NCBI GenBank assembly: GCA_038087875.1
Contig: CM075992.1
Coordinates: 4,962,001-5,026,000 of the forward strand
DNA length: 64,000 nt
Source: Malacoraja senta
Taxonomy: Eukaryota
Direction: 5' to 3'
Shown: positions 50,326 to 62,066 of the stretch, piece after piece
Numbering within the stretch: the stretch's first letter is position 1
Layout: every line of letters starts with the position of its first letter
Notes under the pieces: generated by a model
What the model saw: only the letters and a program-made list of their open reading frames with translations
What the model was told of the DNA's origin: nothing
Database searches by the model: none
Position numbers and translations under genes: made by a program

Positions 50326-50349
50326 AGCTTTGTGAGGAAGATATGCACA

Positions 50350-50665
50350 GGGTATTTTACCCAGGGAAGGGGAATCAAAAAGAAGAGGACATATGTTTAA
50401 GGTGAGCGGGACAAGACTTAGTACAAAGCTGAGGGGTGAGTTTTTCACTCAGAGGATAGTGGGTGTATGAAACAAGATGCAATGGGAGGTAGTTGAGGCA
50501 GGTACAATAATGGCATTTAAATGACACTTGGACAGGTACGTGGACAGGAAAGGCTTTAGAGGGTATGGGCCAAACGCAAGCAGGTGGGACTTGCTTAGAT
50601 GGGGCATCTTGGACGTGTTGGGCCAAAGGGCCTGTTTCCCTGTGTAAATCACATGGCTCTATGTG
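50350..50665 (+). mobile_element. CR1-like LINE 3' end
   Basis: agaggacatatgtttaaggtgag...gaggtagttgaggcaggtacaat...gggcctgtttcc. Confidence 0.8.
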
Positions 50666-51735
50666 ATTTAGACTTAAAATGTGGTGAATCTGGATGTGAG
50701 GTGGCTGTTTCGTTTTGATTGAACAAGGAACGAGAGAACAGGAGCACAACGTTAATAGTCTTGATGAGCCACAGACACTGGAACTTTCAACACCCAACAG
50801 AAAAGAAAGGTGGCTGTCTGGGACGGGATGCTTTTGGCTAAGTTTGTTTCTTGCGGGACTGAAAGTTAAGATTGGGGCGAGCTGTTGAAATGCGCTGCTA
50901 CAAATAACAGCCCTGGATCAGAGGACATATATGAAAGCAGGGCGGCACGATACGAGACTGTAAGTATCTTGCAATTGTACTTCAAAATTTATGGAGAAGT
51001 TCGGACGCTTGATACTTTTATCCACAGCAAGTCACTATGCGGATTAAGCTGTGCGCTTGTTTAAGAAAATTGCATAGGATGAGTGGAAGGAAAAGACTTA
51101 GTGGACTGTAAGCAGAAGCAGGTAATTGTTTTGCGATTGGTAAAAGCACATTTGATCCATCCAACTTTTCTTCCTAGAACGGTCCCATTATTCAGCTTGT
51201 TACGTTGTTTTGTCAACAAGTGCATCCCTTCTATTTGCTACCTTGTCAATGAAGATCAGTGCAGCTATAGTTAGATGGAGGTGAGAAGATGAAACAGCAT
51301 TTGAACAACCCCTGATGGAGCAACCAATGGAGGCCACTGGTGACGTGAACACATACTGCACCCCTCAGCATTTTTACGTTCCAATGTTTCAACTGGTTTG
51401 TGTCTTAAGTGACATGGAAAGATTGTGAGAGGGAATGCACCCAGGAGAGATATGATGGGACTGAGATCACAAGTATCAGCAGGTACTTTTCCTTCTCTGA
51501 ACTCTTTTATCTGTGGCTCTTTGTTTAATAGTGGGCTGGAAAGAGAAGGATGTGTGATGATGATCGTAGAGATAGGACTAGGTTAGTGCTGGAATGGGAA
51601 TGGTTGGGTTTCGGGTATGGGTGCAGCAGTCAGCGATACTTCGGACTTTTTAATCAGCACGAACACAGCAAGGGGGAGATTGTGTTAATAAGAGCAGCAA
51701 CTATTGCAAAGGAGAGGGGTTAGAAACAGAATGAA

Positions 51736-52005
51736 CTATTCGGTTGATGGAAACCCGCTTCCACTGCCGTCGATGTCCTCAACGAAGAGGGAGCGCTTGT
51801 GCATGGAGCGCCTCAGCTTGTTGATGATGCTGCGCTTCTCCCTGCACGGGAGCTTGCTGTCAGCGTCCACCTTGGTGCTGTCGGTCTGCACCAGCGTTGC
51901 CACCACTCGCGCGTCGCCCTTGTCCATGCTCAAGCAGTTGCACGATCGCACGGTGAACGTGTCGCTGCCCGAGCTCTCGCACAGATCCTTGCCGTTCTTG
52001 TACAT
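51736..52005 (-). CDS. rtbdn: Retbindin / riboflavin-binding protein family, last coding exon
   Basis: gtgactag|MYKNGKDLCESSGSDTFTVRSCNCLSMDKGD...EDIDGSGSGFPSTE*; aligns to RBP MYANGTDMCQSMWGESF...CLCLQM; GSGSG tail as in RTBDN; syntenic with RNASEH2A. Confidence 0.9.
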   Translation of the reverse strand: MYKNGKDLCESSGSDTFTVRSCNCLSMDKGDARVVATLVQTDSTKVDADSKLPCREKRSIINKLRRSMHKRSLFVEDIDGSGSGFPSTE

Positions 52006-52157
52006 CTAGTCACACAGGCGAGAAAGAGAGGCGTTAAGCTGTGTGAGTGTGTTGAAGCCAGTGTGTGGGCGAGCACGTGTGTGAGAGCGCGTGTGTGTGA
52101 GCCGTGTGCGAATGCTGTGTGCACGCGTGTGTGAACGAGTGCGCAGGGAGCGACTGT

Positions 52158-53778
52158 AAGAGCGAGTGTGAGAGCGAGTGTTGGAGCGAGCGTGAGAGCG
52201 AGTGTGAGAGCGTGTGTGAGAGCGAGCATGAGCGTGTGTGAGAGCGAGTGTTGGAGCGAGCGTGAGAGCGAGCGTGAGAGTGAGTTAGAGCGAGTGTGAG
52301 AGCGAGCATGAGCGTGTGTGAGAGCGAGCGTGAGAGCAAGTGTTGGAGCGAGCGTGAGAGCGAGCGTGAGAGCAAGTGTTGGAGCGAGTGTGAGAGCGAG
52401 TGTGAGAGCGTGTGTGAGAGCGAGTGTTGGAGCGAGCGTGAGAGCGAGTGTTGGAGCGAGTGTGAGAGCGAGTGTGAGAGCGAGTGTTGGAGCGAGTGTG
52501 AGAGCGAGTGTGAGAGCGTGTGTGAGAGCGAGTGTTGGAGCGAGCGTGAGAGCGAGTGTGAGAGCGAGCGTGAGAGCGAGCGTGAGAGCAAGTGTTGGAG
52601 CGAGTGTGAGAGCGAGTGTTGGAGCGAGTGTGAGAGCGAGTGTGAGAGCGTGTGTGAGAGCGAGTGTTGGAGCGAGCGTGAGAGCGAGCGTGAGAGCAAG
52701 TGTTGGAGCGAGTGTGAGAGCGAGTGTTGGAGCGAGTGTGAGAGCGAGTGTTGGAGCGAGTGTGAGAGCGAGTGTTGGAGCGAGCGTGAGAGCGTGTGTG
52801 AGAGCGAGTGTGAGAGCGAGTGTGAGAGCGAGTGTGAGAGCGAGTGTGAGAGCGTGTGTGAGAGCGAGTGTGAGAGCGAGTGTTGGAGCGAGTGTGAGAG
52901 CGTGTGTGAGAGCGAGTGTGAGAGCGAGTGTGAGAGCGTGTGTGAGAGCGAGTGTTGGAGCGAGCGTGAGAGCGAGCGTGAGAGCAAGTGTTGGAGCGAG
53001 TGTGAGAGCGAGTGTGAGAGCGAGTGTGAGAGCGAGTGTGAGAGCGAGTGTGAGAGCGAGTGTGAGAGCGAGTGTGAGAGCGAGTGTTGGAGCGAGTGTG
53101 AGAGCGAGTGTTGGAGCGAGTGTGAGAGCGAGTGTGAGAGCGAGTGTGAGAGCGTGTGTGAGAGCGAGTGTTGGAGCGAGTGTGAGAGCGAGCGTGAGAG
53201 CAAGTGTTGGAGCGAGTGTGAGAGCGAGTGTTGGAGCGAGTGTGAGAGCGAGTGTGAGAGCGTGTGTGAGAGCGAGTGTTGGAGCGAGCGTGAGAGCGAG
53301 CGTGAGAGCAAGTGTTGGAGCGAGTGTGAGAGCGAGTGTTGGAGCGAGTGTGAGAGCGAGTGTGAGAGCGAGTGTTGGAGCGAGTGTGAGAGCGAGTGTG
53401 AGAGCGTGTGTGAGAGCGAGTGTGAGAGCGAGCGTGAGAGCGAGTGTTGGAGCGAATGTTGGAGCGAGTGTGAGAGCGAGTGTGAGAGCGTGTGTGAGAG
53501 CGAGCGTGAGAGTGAGTGTGAGAGCGAGTGTGAGAGCGAGCGTGAGAGTGAGTGTGAGAGCGAGTGTGAGAGCGAGTGTGAGAGCGAATGTTGGAGCGAG
53601 TGTGAGAGCGAGTGTGAGAGCGAGTGTTGGAGCGAGTGTGAGAGCGAGCGTTGGAGTGAGCGTGGGAGCAAGTGTGAGAGCGAGTGTGAGAGCGAGCATG
53701 AGAGCGAGTGTTGGAGCAAGTGTGAGAGCGAGTGTGAGAGCGAGCGTGAGAGCGAGTGTGAGAGCGAGTGTGCGAGCT
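52158..53778. repeat. 12-bp minisatellite (GAGAGCGAGTGT and substitution variants)
   Basis: ~135 units with the phase kept throughout; source of five long repetitive ORFs. Confidence 0.97.
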
Positions 53779-54733
53779 AGTGAGTGTCATCATCGGGTTG
53801 TACAGCACAGAAACACACTCATAACCACACCGACCAAGTTATTCATCAAACTTAATCCCATTGTCTGCCAAATATCCCTCTGAGCCTTTCTTTTTCTTAT
53901 ATAAAATGACATAACGTAAGTGGTGCATAAAGTCTTGGTGGAATGTAAACAGAAGCTAGTAACTGTTTGGGGATGTTTGATTTGAATTTGATATTTTTGT
54001 AGTCAGCTTTGTGAGGAAGATGTGAGTTTGGATGTGAGCTGGCTGTTTCATTTTGACTGAACAAGGATCTAGAGAACAGAAGCACAACATCACTAGAGGA
54101 ACAGGGAACTTCAGATGCTGGCTTACAGAAAAATATACTCAAAGTATTGGAGTGATTAAATGTTTAAGAAAGAACTGCAGATGCTGGAAAAATTTAAGGT
54201 AGACAAAAATGCTGGAGTAACTCAGTGGGTGAGGCAGCATCTATGGAGCGAAGGAATAGGTGATGTTTCAGGTTGAGACCCTTCCTCAGACAAAGTAATG
54301 GAGTGATTAAGTGGGTCAGGCAGCATCCCTGGAGAAGGTGGATCGGTGACGTTCTGAGTTAGGACCCTTCACAACATTAATATTACTGACGAGGCACAAA
54401 TAATTTGAAATTTCAACACCCATCATTCACTTAAGATCTTTGCAGTGAAGAAAATATGAAGAGGATAAAGGTGGAAAATATTGAGACGTAAGTGAAGATA
54501 GATGCTGGATATTGAACAAAACCTAGTGCTGGAAGAGCATGCGAATAGAAATGCATAGATGGCCCTTTGGGTTGTGATCTCCTGCTTGCCAACCATTTGT
54601 AATTCCCCTTCCCATACTGACCTTCCCACATTGCCAGTGTGAAGGCACATGCAAACTTGAGGAACAGCACCTCATATTTTGTTGGCTAGCTTACAACCAA
54701 ATGGTACGAACATTGAAATCTCCAATTTTAGAT

Positions 54734-55140
54734 AACATAGAAACATAGAAAATAGGTGCATGAGGAGGCCATTCGGCCCTTCGAGCCAGCACCGCCATTC
54801 ATTGTGATCATGGCTGATCGTCCCCAATCAATAACCCGTGTCTGCCTTCTCCCCATATCCCTTGATTCCACTAGCCCCTAGAGCTCTATTTAACTCTCTC
54901 TTAAATCCATCCAGTGATTTGGCCTCCGCTGCCCTCTGTGGCAGGGAATTCCACAAATTCACAACTCTCTGTGTGAAAAAGTTTTGTCTCAGCTCAGTTT
55001 TAAATGGCCTCCCCTTTATTCTAAGACGGTGGCCCCTGGTTCTGGACTCGCCCAACATTGGGAACATTTTTCCTGCATCTAGCTTGTCCAGTCCTTTTAT
55101 AATTTAATATGTTTCTATAAGATCCCCCTCATCCTTCTAA
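54734..55140 (-). mobile_element. CR1/HER1-like LINE 3' end nested in a Penelope remnant (~54590-55500)
   Basis: MFPMLGESRTRGHRLRIKG...; flanks resemble the Penelope 3' end (gaggaacagcacctcatattt). Confidence 0.85.
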
Positions 55141-55524
55141 AGTCTAACACACGTCTAAAGTCTAAATAAAACGTCTATCCCCGACCACCACCTCCTCCTT
55201 CCTCTTTCTCCCCCACATCTATTTCTCCCCTCCTTCTCCACCCATTCCTTCCTCTGGCTTCACAATTTGCAACGATTCAATCCTCTTGTCTCACATCTGT
55301 GTTAATCTCTAGCTTTTGTCCAACCATTTGCTTACCAAAAACCTCAGTCGCCTGTGTTCACCTATTACCTTCCCCGCATTGTCCTGCCCTTCCTATCACC
55401 CAGCTTTTTTCCCCCTCCCCTAAAGCCAGTCTGAAGAAGGTTTCGCAACCCAAAACGTCGTCTATCCACGTTCTCCAAAGTGACTGTCTGACCTGCTGAG
55501 TTTCTGTATTCTAGCAGACTAAAT

Positions 55525-55855
55525 GTGTAGGAAGGAACTTCAGATGCTGGTTTAAACTGAAGATAGTCACGAAATGCTGGAGTAACTCAGCGGGACAGGC
55601 TGCATCTCAGGAGAGAAGGAATGGGTGACATTTCGGGTTGAGACCTTTCTTCTGTCTGAAGAAGATATACACAAAATGCTGGAGTAACTCAGCAGGACAG
55701 GCTGCATCTCAGGAGAGAAGGAATGGGTGACATTTCAGGTCGAGACCTTTCTTCAGTCTGAAGAAAGGTCTCAACCCAAAACGCCACCCATTCCTTCTCT
55801 CCAGAGATGCTGCCTGTCCCGCTGAGTTACTCCAGCATTTTGTGTCTATCTTCGA
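55525..55855. mobile_element. Tandem and inverted Penelope-derived terminal repeats
   Basis: Two minus copies, then an inverted plus copy, with degenerate hammerhead cores. Confidence 0.8.
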
Positions 55856-56673
55856 GTCACTTTGTGCACCATTTTTAGGTTGTGAATCTTCTTCAGACTG
55901 ATAGCAAATTGCTAACACTGCCTTAGCATTCACATCGAGTAGTCGTTGGTTCATTGCTTTTTGGTATTTTGCGAAGCAAAAGATTAGCAAATATGTTGGG
56001 ACAGCAAGGAAAAGTGATGATCTTTTTGATTTTATAAGCAAGACAGCCTGTCCAACAGATCTTGGTACGGAGTTCATCCTTCTCGACAACCTCTCCACAC
56101 TAGCAGCCATGTTGCCATTGCATTTCCAGCTGGCCGCAGAATTTCCCTCAGGGCCAAGCTTCCTCAAAGAACCAGAGCTCATCGATGCGACATAATTCAC
56201 AGACATCTGTGGCTGTCTGTCATACGTGCCACAGTCTTTCAGCTGAATGAGCACACAGTCCTCATTCATCCAGAATGGGGACTGAATAAATCTTCGATAC
56301 AGTGGAGGACTTGAGTATTGTTATAGAGAGACAGAGAACGTAGATGCGGGAATCTTGAGCAAAACACACAGTGCTGGAGGAACTCAGTTCTAGGAGCAGA
56401 TTAGGCCATTCGGCCCATCAAGTCTATTATCTGCCATTCAAACATGGCCGATCTATCTTTCCCTCTCAACCCCATTCTCCTGCCTTCTCCCCATAACCTC
56501 TGACGCCCGTACTAATCAAGAGTCAGGCAGCATCTCTGGAATCGGACGTTTCCGATCGGGACCCCTCACACTTTCGCCAGGCCTGAGGAGTTCCTCCAGC
56601 CGCTTGCAAGAGCGTTGTTCGAGATGATTGTTAAAATTGGAAGTTGACTCACGACTACCACAAATCAACCTCG

Positions 56674-56965
56674 GGCAACATAGTGCCGCCGTGGTAGAAT
56701 TGCTGCCTTACAGCAACAGAGACCCGGTTTCGATCTTGTCTACGGTACTGTCTGGTGCGGAGTTTGTATGTTCTCCCTGTGACCTGCGTGGGTTTTCTGC
56801 GGGTGCTCAGGGTTCCTCACACGTTTCAATGACGCACAGATTTGTAGGTTAATTGGCTTCTGTAAATTGTCCCGAGAGTGTTGGATAGAACTAGTGCAGG
56901 GTGACTGTTGGGCGGCTTGGACACGGTGGACCGAAGGGAAGTTTCCACACTGTATCTCCAAACTA
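56674..56965 (+). mobile_element. V-SINE (HE1-like), diverged
   Basis: Matches the other SINE copies. Confidence 0.75.
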
Positions 56966-58072
56966 ATGGAGTTTGATCAGCCATGATCGTATCGAATGGC
57001 TCGAAGGGCCGAATGGCCTACTCCTGCACCTATTGTCTATTGTCTGAACTAAACGCCACTGTGAATGTTGAACTTTCAAACGCAGCAGTCCCGATGCTTG
57101 TTCAATGCGGATCATTTGTCGGAAGCCTGTTTCCTGAGAGTGTCATTTTTCTCTTGTGGTCCAATTGTGCTCAAACCGAACCTTTCTCTGATCCCAGCAT
57201 TGCTGGCTGTAAATCAACTATCTGAAAGGAACTTGGATGACCTTGAAGTGCTCCAATGTCCTTCGGAGCAAATGAATTATTTTGCAGCATTGTCAATGAG
57301 CAAGTATGGCAGCCAATTTGTGTTCAACAGGGAAGAGGGATGAATGGTGAATTAAAAATTGTTCTGCAGCGTGCAGTCAAGGGGAAAATGTTTTGCCCGG
57401 ACAGTGGGAGAATATCCTTGTGCTTCTGTGAATCATTCCATGGGAACATTTATGGCCCCTGAATAGATAGACCAACCTCTAAATATTTTGTCTCCAGTAA
57501 TGACAATACTCCCCAAGTTTAGTTTAGTTTAGAGAGACCCAGTTGAAACAGGCCCTTCGGCCCACCGAATCCACGATGACCAGCGGCCCCCGCACACTAA
57601 CACTATCCTACACACACTAGGGACAATTTACAATTTCACCAAAGCCAAATAGCCTACGGACATGTACTTCTCTGCTATGTGGGAGGAAACCGGAGTTCCT
57701 GGAGAAAACCCACGAGGCTCACGGGGAGAATGTACAAACTCCGTACACCCATAGACTATCACTATCTGAAAGTTTTGACCACTAATTATCAGCGTTCTAT
57801 TGTAGATTGCTTAAAGTGCCAAGAACAAAATCAATATGATTTACAATAATAGAATCATACAATCGCAATGGCATGAAAGAGGCCATTCAGCCCACTTACT
57901 CTATGCTAGCTCCTGACAGAAAAGTCTGTCCCATCCAATTACCTCACATTCTTTCCCCAAAACCTTGCAATTTATTTATTCTCAAGTGCCTCTCAAAAGT
58001 TCCGATTATGCTCTGCCACACTTAGTCTCCATGCTATTACACATCTTTCTTTTTCTTCCAGATTGTCCTTCA

Positions 58073-58365
58073 GACTTTAGACTTCAGCGATAGAGATACA
58101 GCATGGCAACAGGCCCACGGCCCATCGGGAGTGTGCGCCGACCAGCGATCACCCCGCACGCTAACACTATCCCACCCACGAGGGACAATTTACAATTTTA
58201 CCAAAGCCAATTAACCTACAAACCTGTACGTCTTTGGAGTGTGGGAGGAAACCGGAGAAAACCCACGCGGTCACAGGGAGAAGGTACAAACTCCGTACAG
58301 ACAGCACCCGTAGTCAGGATGGAACCCGGGTCTCTGGCGCTGTGAGGCAGCAACTCTACTGTGCT
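58073..58365 (-). mobile_element. V-SINE (HE1-like); another partial copy at 57517-57755
   Basis: Matches the other SINE copies. Confidence 0.85.
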
Positions 58366-61009
58366 GACCTCCAGACCGTTTACCTTGACTTTTCCAGCTC
58401 TGATCAGAAGTCAACCTCACCCCTTCTGCACGGAAGCTGCCTTACTTGCCGAGTATTTCAGATAGACAACACCAGCAGCATTTCTGTTCTAAAATGGCTT
58501 GGTATCTTGATGGAGCTTCCATGAATATGTATAGGATGTAAGCCAACGGGTACATTTCAAGTCATATTCTCTCGATAGATAATGTGAGCTGACAGATCGT
58601 CACAGATGAATGGAATTTCAAAGTCATGCACTGAGGCTGAAGGGCATGTGACAGATCAGTGAAGATATTTTTCATTTCTCCCTGCACGTTAGGTCTCTCC
58701 ATACCCTGTATTCCACTTGCAAGTAAAGGGCATATTGCTTGTGGCCTTCCAGCTTCTAAAAGAACTTAATGGCAGGCTGAGCATTCACCATTTCCATGCT
58801 GGTTAATCTTTTTATATTTTATTCACTTTTATCTCTTTACCAGCACGTCACTGATAAGTCATGGAGCCGCAGATTGTTTTCTATGCAGCGTCGGAGGTTG
58901 AGGGGAAATCTGATAGAAGTATATAAAATTATAAGATAGAGTAGACAGTCAGAACCATTTCCCCAGGCTGAAATTATCAAATACTAAACGGCATGGTTCA
59001 TAAGTTCTTGTTCATAGGTGATAGGACCAAATTAGGCCATTCGGCTCAAGTCTACTCCACCATTCAATAATGGCTGATCTATCTCTCCCTCCTAACCACA
59101 TTCTCCTCAGGCCCTATCAGAGGGTGCATGGGCCTCAATCCTCTCTGCTTCAAAGGGATTGTGGTAATTCACGGGTTATTGATTGGGGAAGAACAGCCAT
59201 GATCACAATGAATGGTGGTGCTGGCTCGAAGGGCAGAATGGCCTCCTCCTGCACCTATTTTCTATGTTTCTATGGATCTTGATTTGGGGGCCTCTAAAAT
59301 TGAGGGGCCTCTACTTGATCTTGGTTTGGAGGCCTCTAAAATTGAAATTGGCCTGGGCCTCAGTTCATCTACGAGAGGGCCTGATTTTCCTAACATACCT
59401 TTAAGTTGAGGGGACAAAGTTGTGCGGGGCGAGTTTTATTTACACAGAAAGTGTCGGGTGCCTGGAACGCGCTGCCAGTGGTGGTGGTGGAGACAGATAT
59501 GATAGTGGTGGTTAAGAAGCTTTAAGATAGGCACATGGGTATGCAGGGAATGGAGCGATGTGGATCATGTGCTGGCAGAGAAGATTAGTTCAACGTGGCA
59601 TCCTGTTCAGACACTGTGGGTTGAAGGGACTGGTTCTGTGCTATACTGATCTATGTTCTAAATGAGACCTTAGGATAAGCCCGTCCTTGATTTTATCTAT
59701 CTACATTAATCCATTGTGTCTGCAACAGTACTGCATCCTTCTCTACATTGCCTACTACTACTACTTGCCAGCTCTCTACCAGCTTTCTCCATTCTACCAC
59801 AGTCTGAAGAAGGATCTCGACCCAAAACGTCGCCTATTCATGTTCTCCAGAGATGCCGCCTGACCGGCTGAGTTACTGGAGGACTTTGTGGGTTTTTTTT
59901 CTCTCTGAAGTAATCGTCTGGTAACATAACCACGATATCACCCTTACACCAAATGCAATTGATGCTTCCAAGCTCAACTGTGAAGGAAACTGTGGTCATT
60001 CACTCTTGCTGCGACCAGGCAAGAACTAAATTCCTTCTTGGCAACCTATTCCCAGCCCAGAAAGCAATGAGAAGGAAAAAAACATGCACAATGTTTTGAG
60101 TGCAATGAACTGCAGAGATTGTGTTTACCATTATGGAGGTCATCTAGTGTATAGTCACATCAATCGCAGCACAATATAGAATCTTTGATTTACATTCAAC
60201 ATAGAACTGTCCAGCACACCAACAGGCCCCTCTGGCCACAATGTCCATGCTGAACATGATGCCAAGGTAAAGTCATCTCATCTGCCTACATATGATCCAT
60301 AGCCCTCCATTCCTTGCATACCCAAGTGGTTATCTAAAAGCATCTTAAACACCACTATTGTATCTGCCTCCAGCACTACCCTAGGCAGCACGTTCCAAGC
60401 ACCAACCACACTCTGTTTTTAAATAAGCTGCTATCATATCTGCCTTCCATCAACACCACTGCTGGCAGCGCATCCCAGGCACCCACCACTCTCTGTGTAT
60501 ATAATTTGACGCGTACATCCCCTTTAGATTTTACCCCTTTCACTCTAAAGCTATGCCTCGTGGTCGTTGACATTTCCAAACTGTGAGCAAGGTTCATCAA
60601 GTCTACTCCACCATTCAATCATGGCTGATCTATCGTTCCCTCCTAACCCCATTCTCCGAGCTTTGCCCCTCTCAGCTTAAAGCTAAGCTGGGAGACAGTT
60701 CTGACTGTCCTTCCTCTCGTTATTTTATATACTTCTATCAAGTTGTCCCTCAGCCTCCGATGTCCTGGTGAAAACAATCCAGGTTTGCTTGTTGCCTTTG
60801 AGGATGGGATGTTGGCTGGAACATCGAGTGAGCTGCCTACTTTGACAATGTAGATTTATACTGGATGACTAGATGATGTGGTGAACGTCCAGGGTAGGGC
60901 TCGATCTCCTGGTTCTCCGGATCGGCCATCCCACCAACTCAACCAAGCTGACAAAGCGCATTTATTTGGATGATAATTGGTGTGGTTCCAGGAATTGCAT
61001 CATTCCTAC

Positions 61010-61121
61010 CTTACTGTAAGGAATACACTCCGAGGTGCAGTTGGTCTGAGTGGCATTTGAAGGCTTCAAACCAGAATTCCAGTTCTTGGTGCAGGTCAGA
61101 TCATTCTTGCAAGCTTTGTAC
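61010..61121 (-). CDS. rtbdn: Retbindin / riboflavin-binding protein family, penultimate coding exon
   Basis: ctctccag|G TAC...(W)YKACKNDLTCTKNWNSGLKPSNATQTNCTSECIPYSK|gtagga; 112 nt; folate-receptor-fold Cys pattern; phase 0 into the last exon. Confidence 0.92.
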
Positions 61122-61167
61122 CTGGAGAGGAAGAAGGCAGATAGATGTTTTACCAAAGCCAATACCA

Positions 61168-61430
61168 GGGTGGCACAACGCTGGTGCAGCAGTAGAGTTG
61201 TGCCAGCACCAGCGACCCAGGTTTAATCCTGTCTGAATGGAAATAGCATGTTCTCCATGTGACCAGATGGGTTTTCTCCGGGCGCTCCGGTTTCCTCCCA
61301 CACTCCAAAGAGGGACAGGTTTGTAGGTTAATTGGCTTCTGTAACTTGTCCCTCCTGTGTAGGATAGTGCTAGTGTATGCTGTGATCGTTGGTCGGCATG
61401 GACCCGATGGGCCGAAGGACATGTTTTCAA
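61168..61430 (+). mobile_element. V-SINE, diverged
   Basis: V-domain gggttttctccgggcgctccggtttcctcccacactccaaag. Confidence 0.75.
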
Positions 61431-61455
61431 AGTCCAGAGTATAGAGCCTTAAGCA

Positions 61456-61787
61456 ATAGACAATAGACAATAGGTGCAGGAGTAGGCCATTTGGCCCTTC
61501 GAGCCAGCACCGCCATTCAATGTGATCATGGCTGATCATTCCCAATCAGTACCCCCGTTCCTGCCTTCTCTCCATATCCTCTGACTCCGCTATTTTTAAG
61601 AGCCCTATCTAGCTCTCTCTTGAAAGCATCCAGAGAACCGGCCTCCACCGCCCTCTGAGGCAGAGAATTCCACAGACTCACCACTCTCTGTGAGAAAAAG
61701 TGTTTCCTCGTCTCCGTTCTAAATGGCTTACTCCCTATTCTTAAACTGTGTGGCCCCTGGTTCTGGACTCCCCCAACATCGGGAACA
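61456..61787 (-). mobile_element. CR1/HER1-like LINE 3' end
   Basis: FFSQRVVSLWNSLPQRAVEAGSLDAFKRELDRAL; (ctattgt)n tail. Confidence 0.9.
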
Positions 61788-62066
61788 AGCAGCATCCTTG
61801 TTCAAGAGTCAAGAGTGTTTTATTGTCATATGTCCAGAAACGTAACAATGAAATTCTTACTTCCAGCAGCACGACAGATATGTAAACATAGTACTCTATA
61901 AACACTGTAATATACTACACAAAATGAGTTGACCAATATCACCAATACCAACCAGTGTCTTGGATATGATCTGGGGCTTTCAACTACCATCTCCATTCAT
62001 GTTACCCATCTTTTTTACAATCATTCCATAATTGGGTGACACAGATTCATCTGTGACTAATGCACC

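Noticed and set aside
51930..53883. ~500-590 aa repetitive ORFs (LALT, SHSL, RSHT, ECES, RASV)
   Set aside because: A stop-free 12-bp minisatellite; no non-repeat domain or splice support.
55709..56269. 186-aa minus-strand ORF in the rtbdn intron
   Set aside because: No recognisable domain, its 3' part runs into Penelope repeats, and the flanking rtbdn exons join in frame without it.
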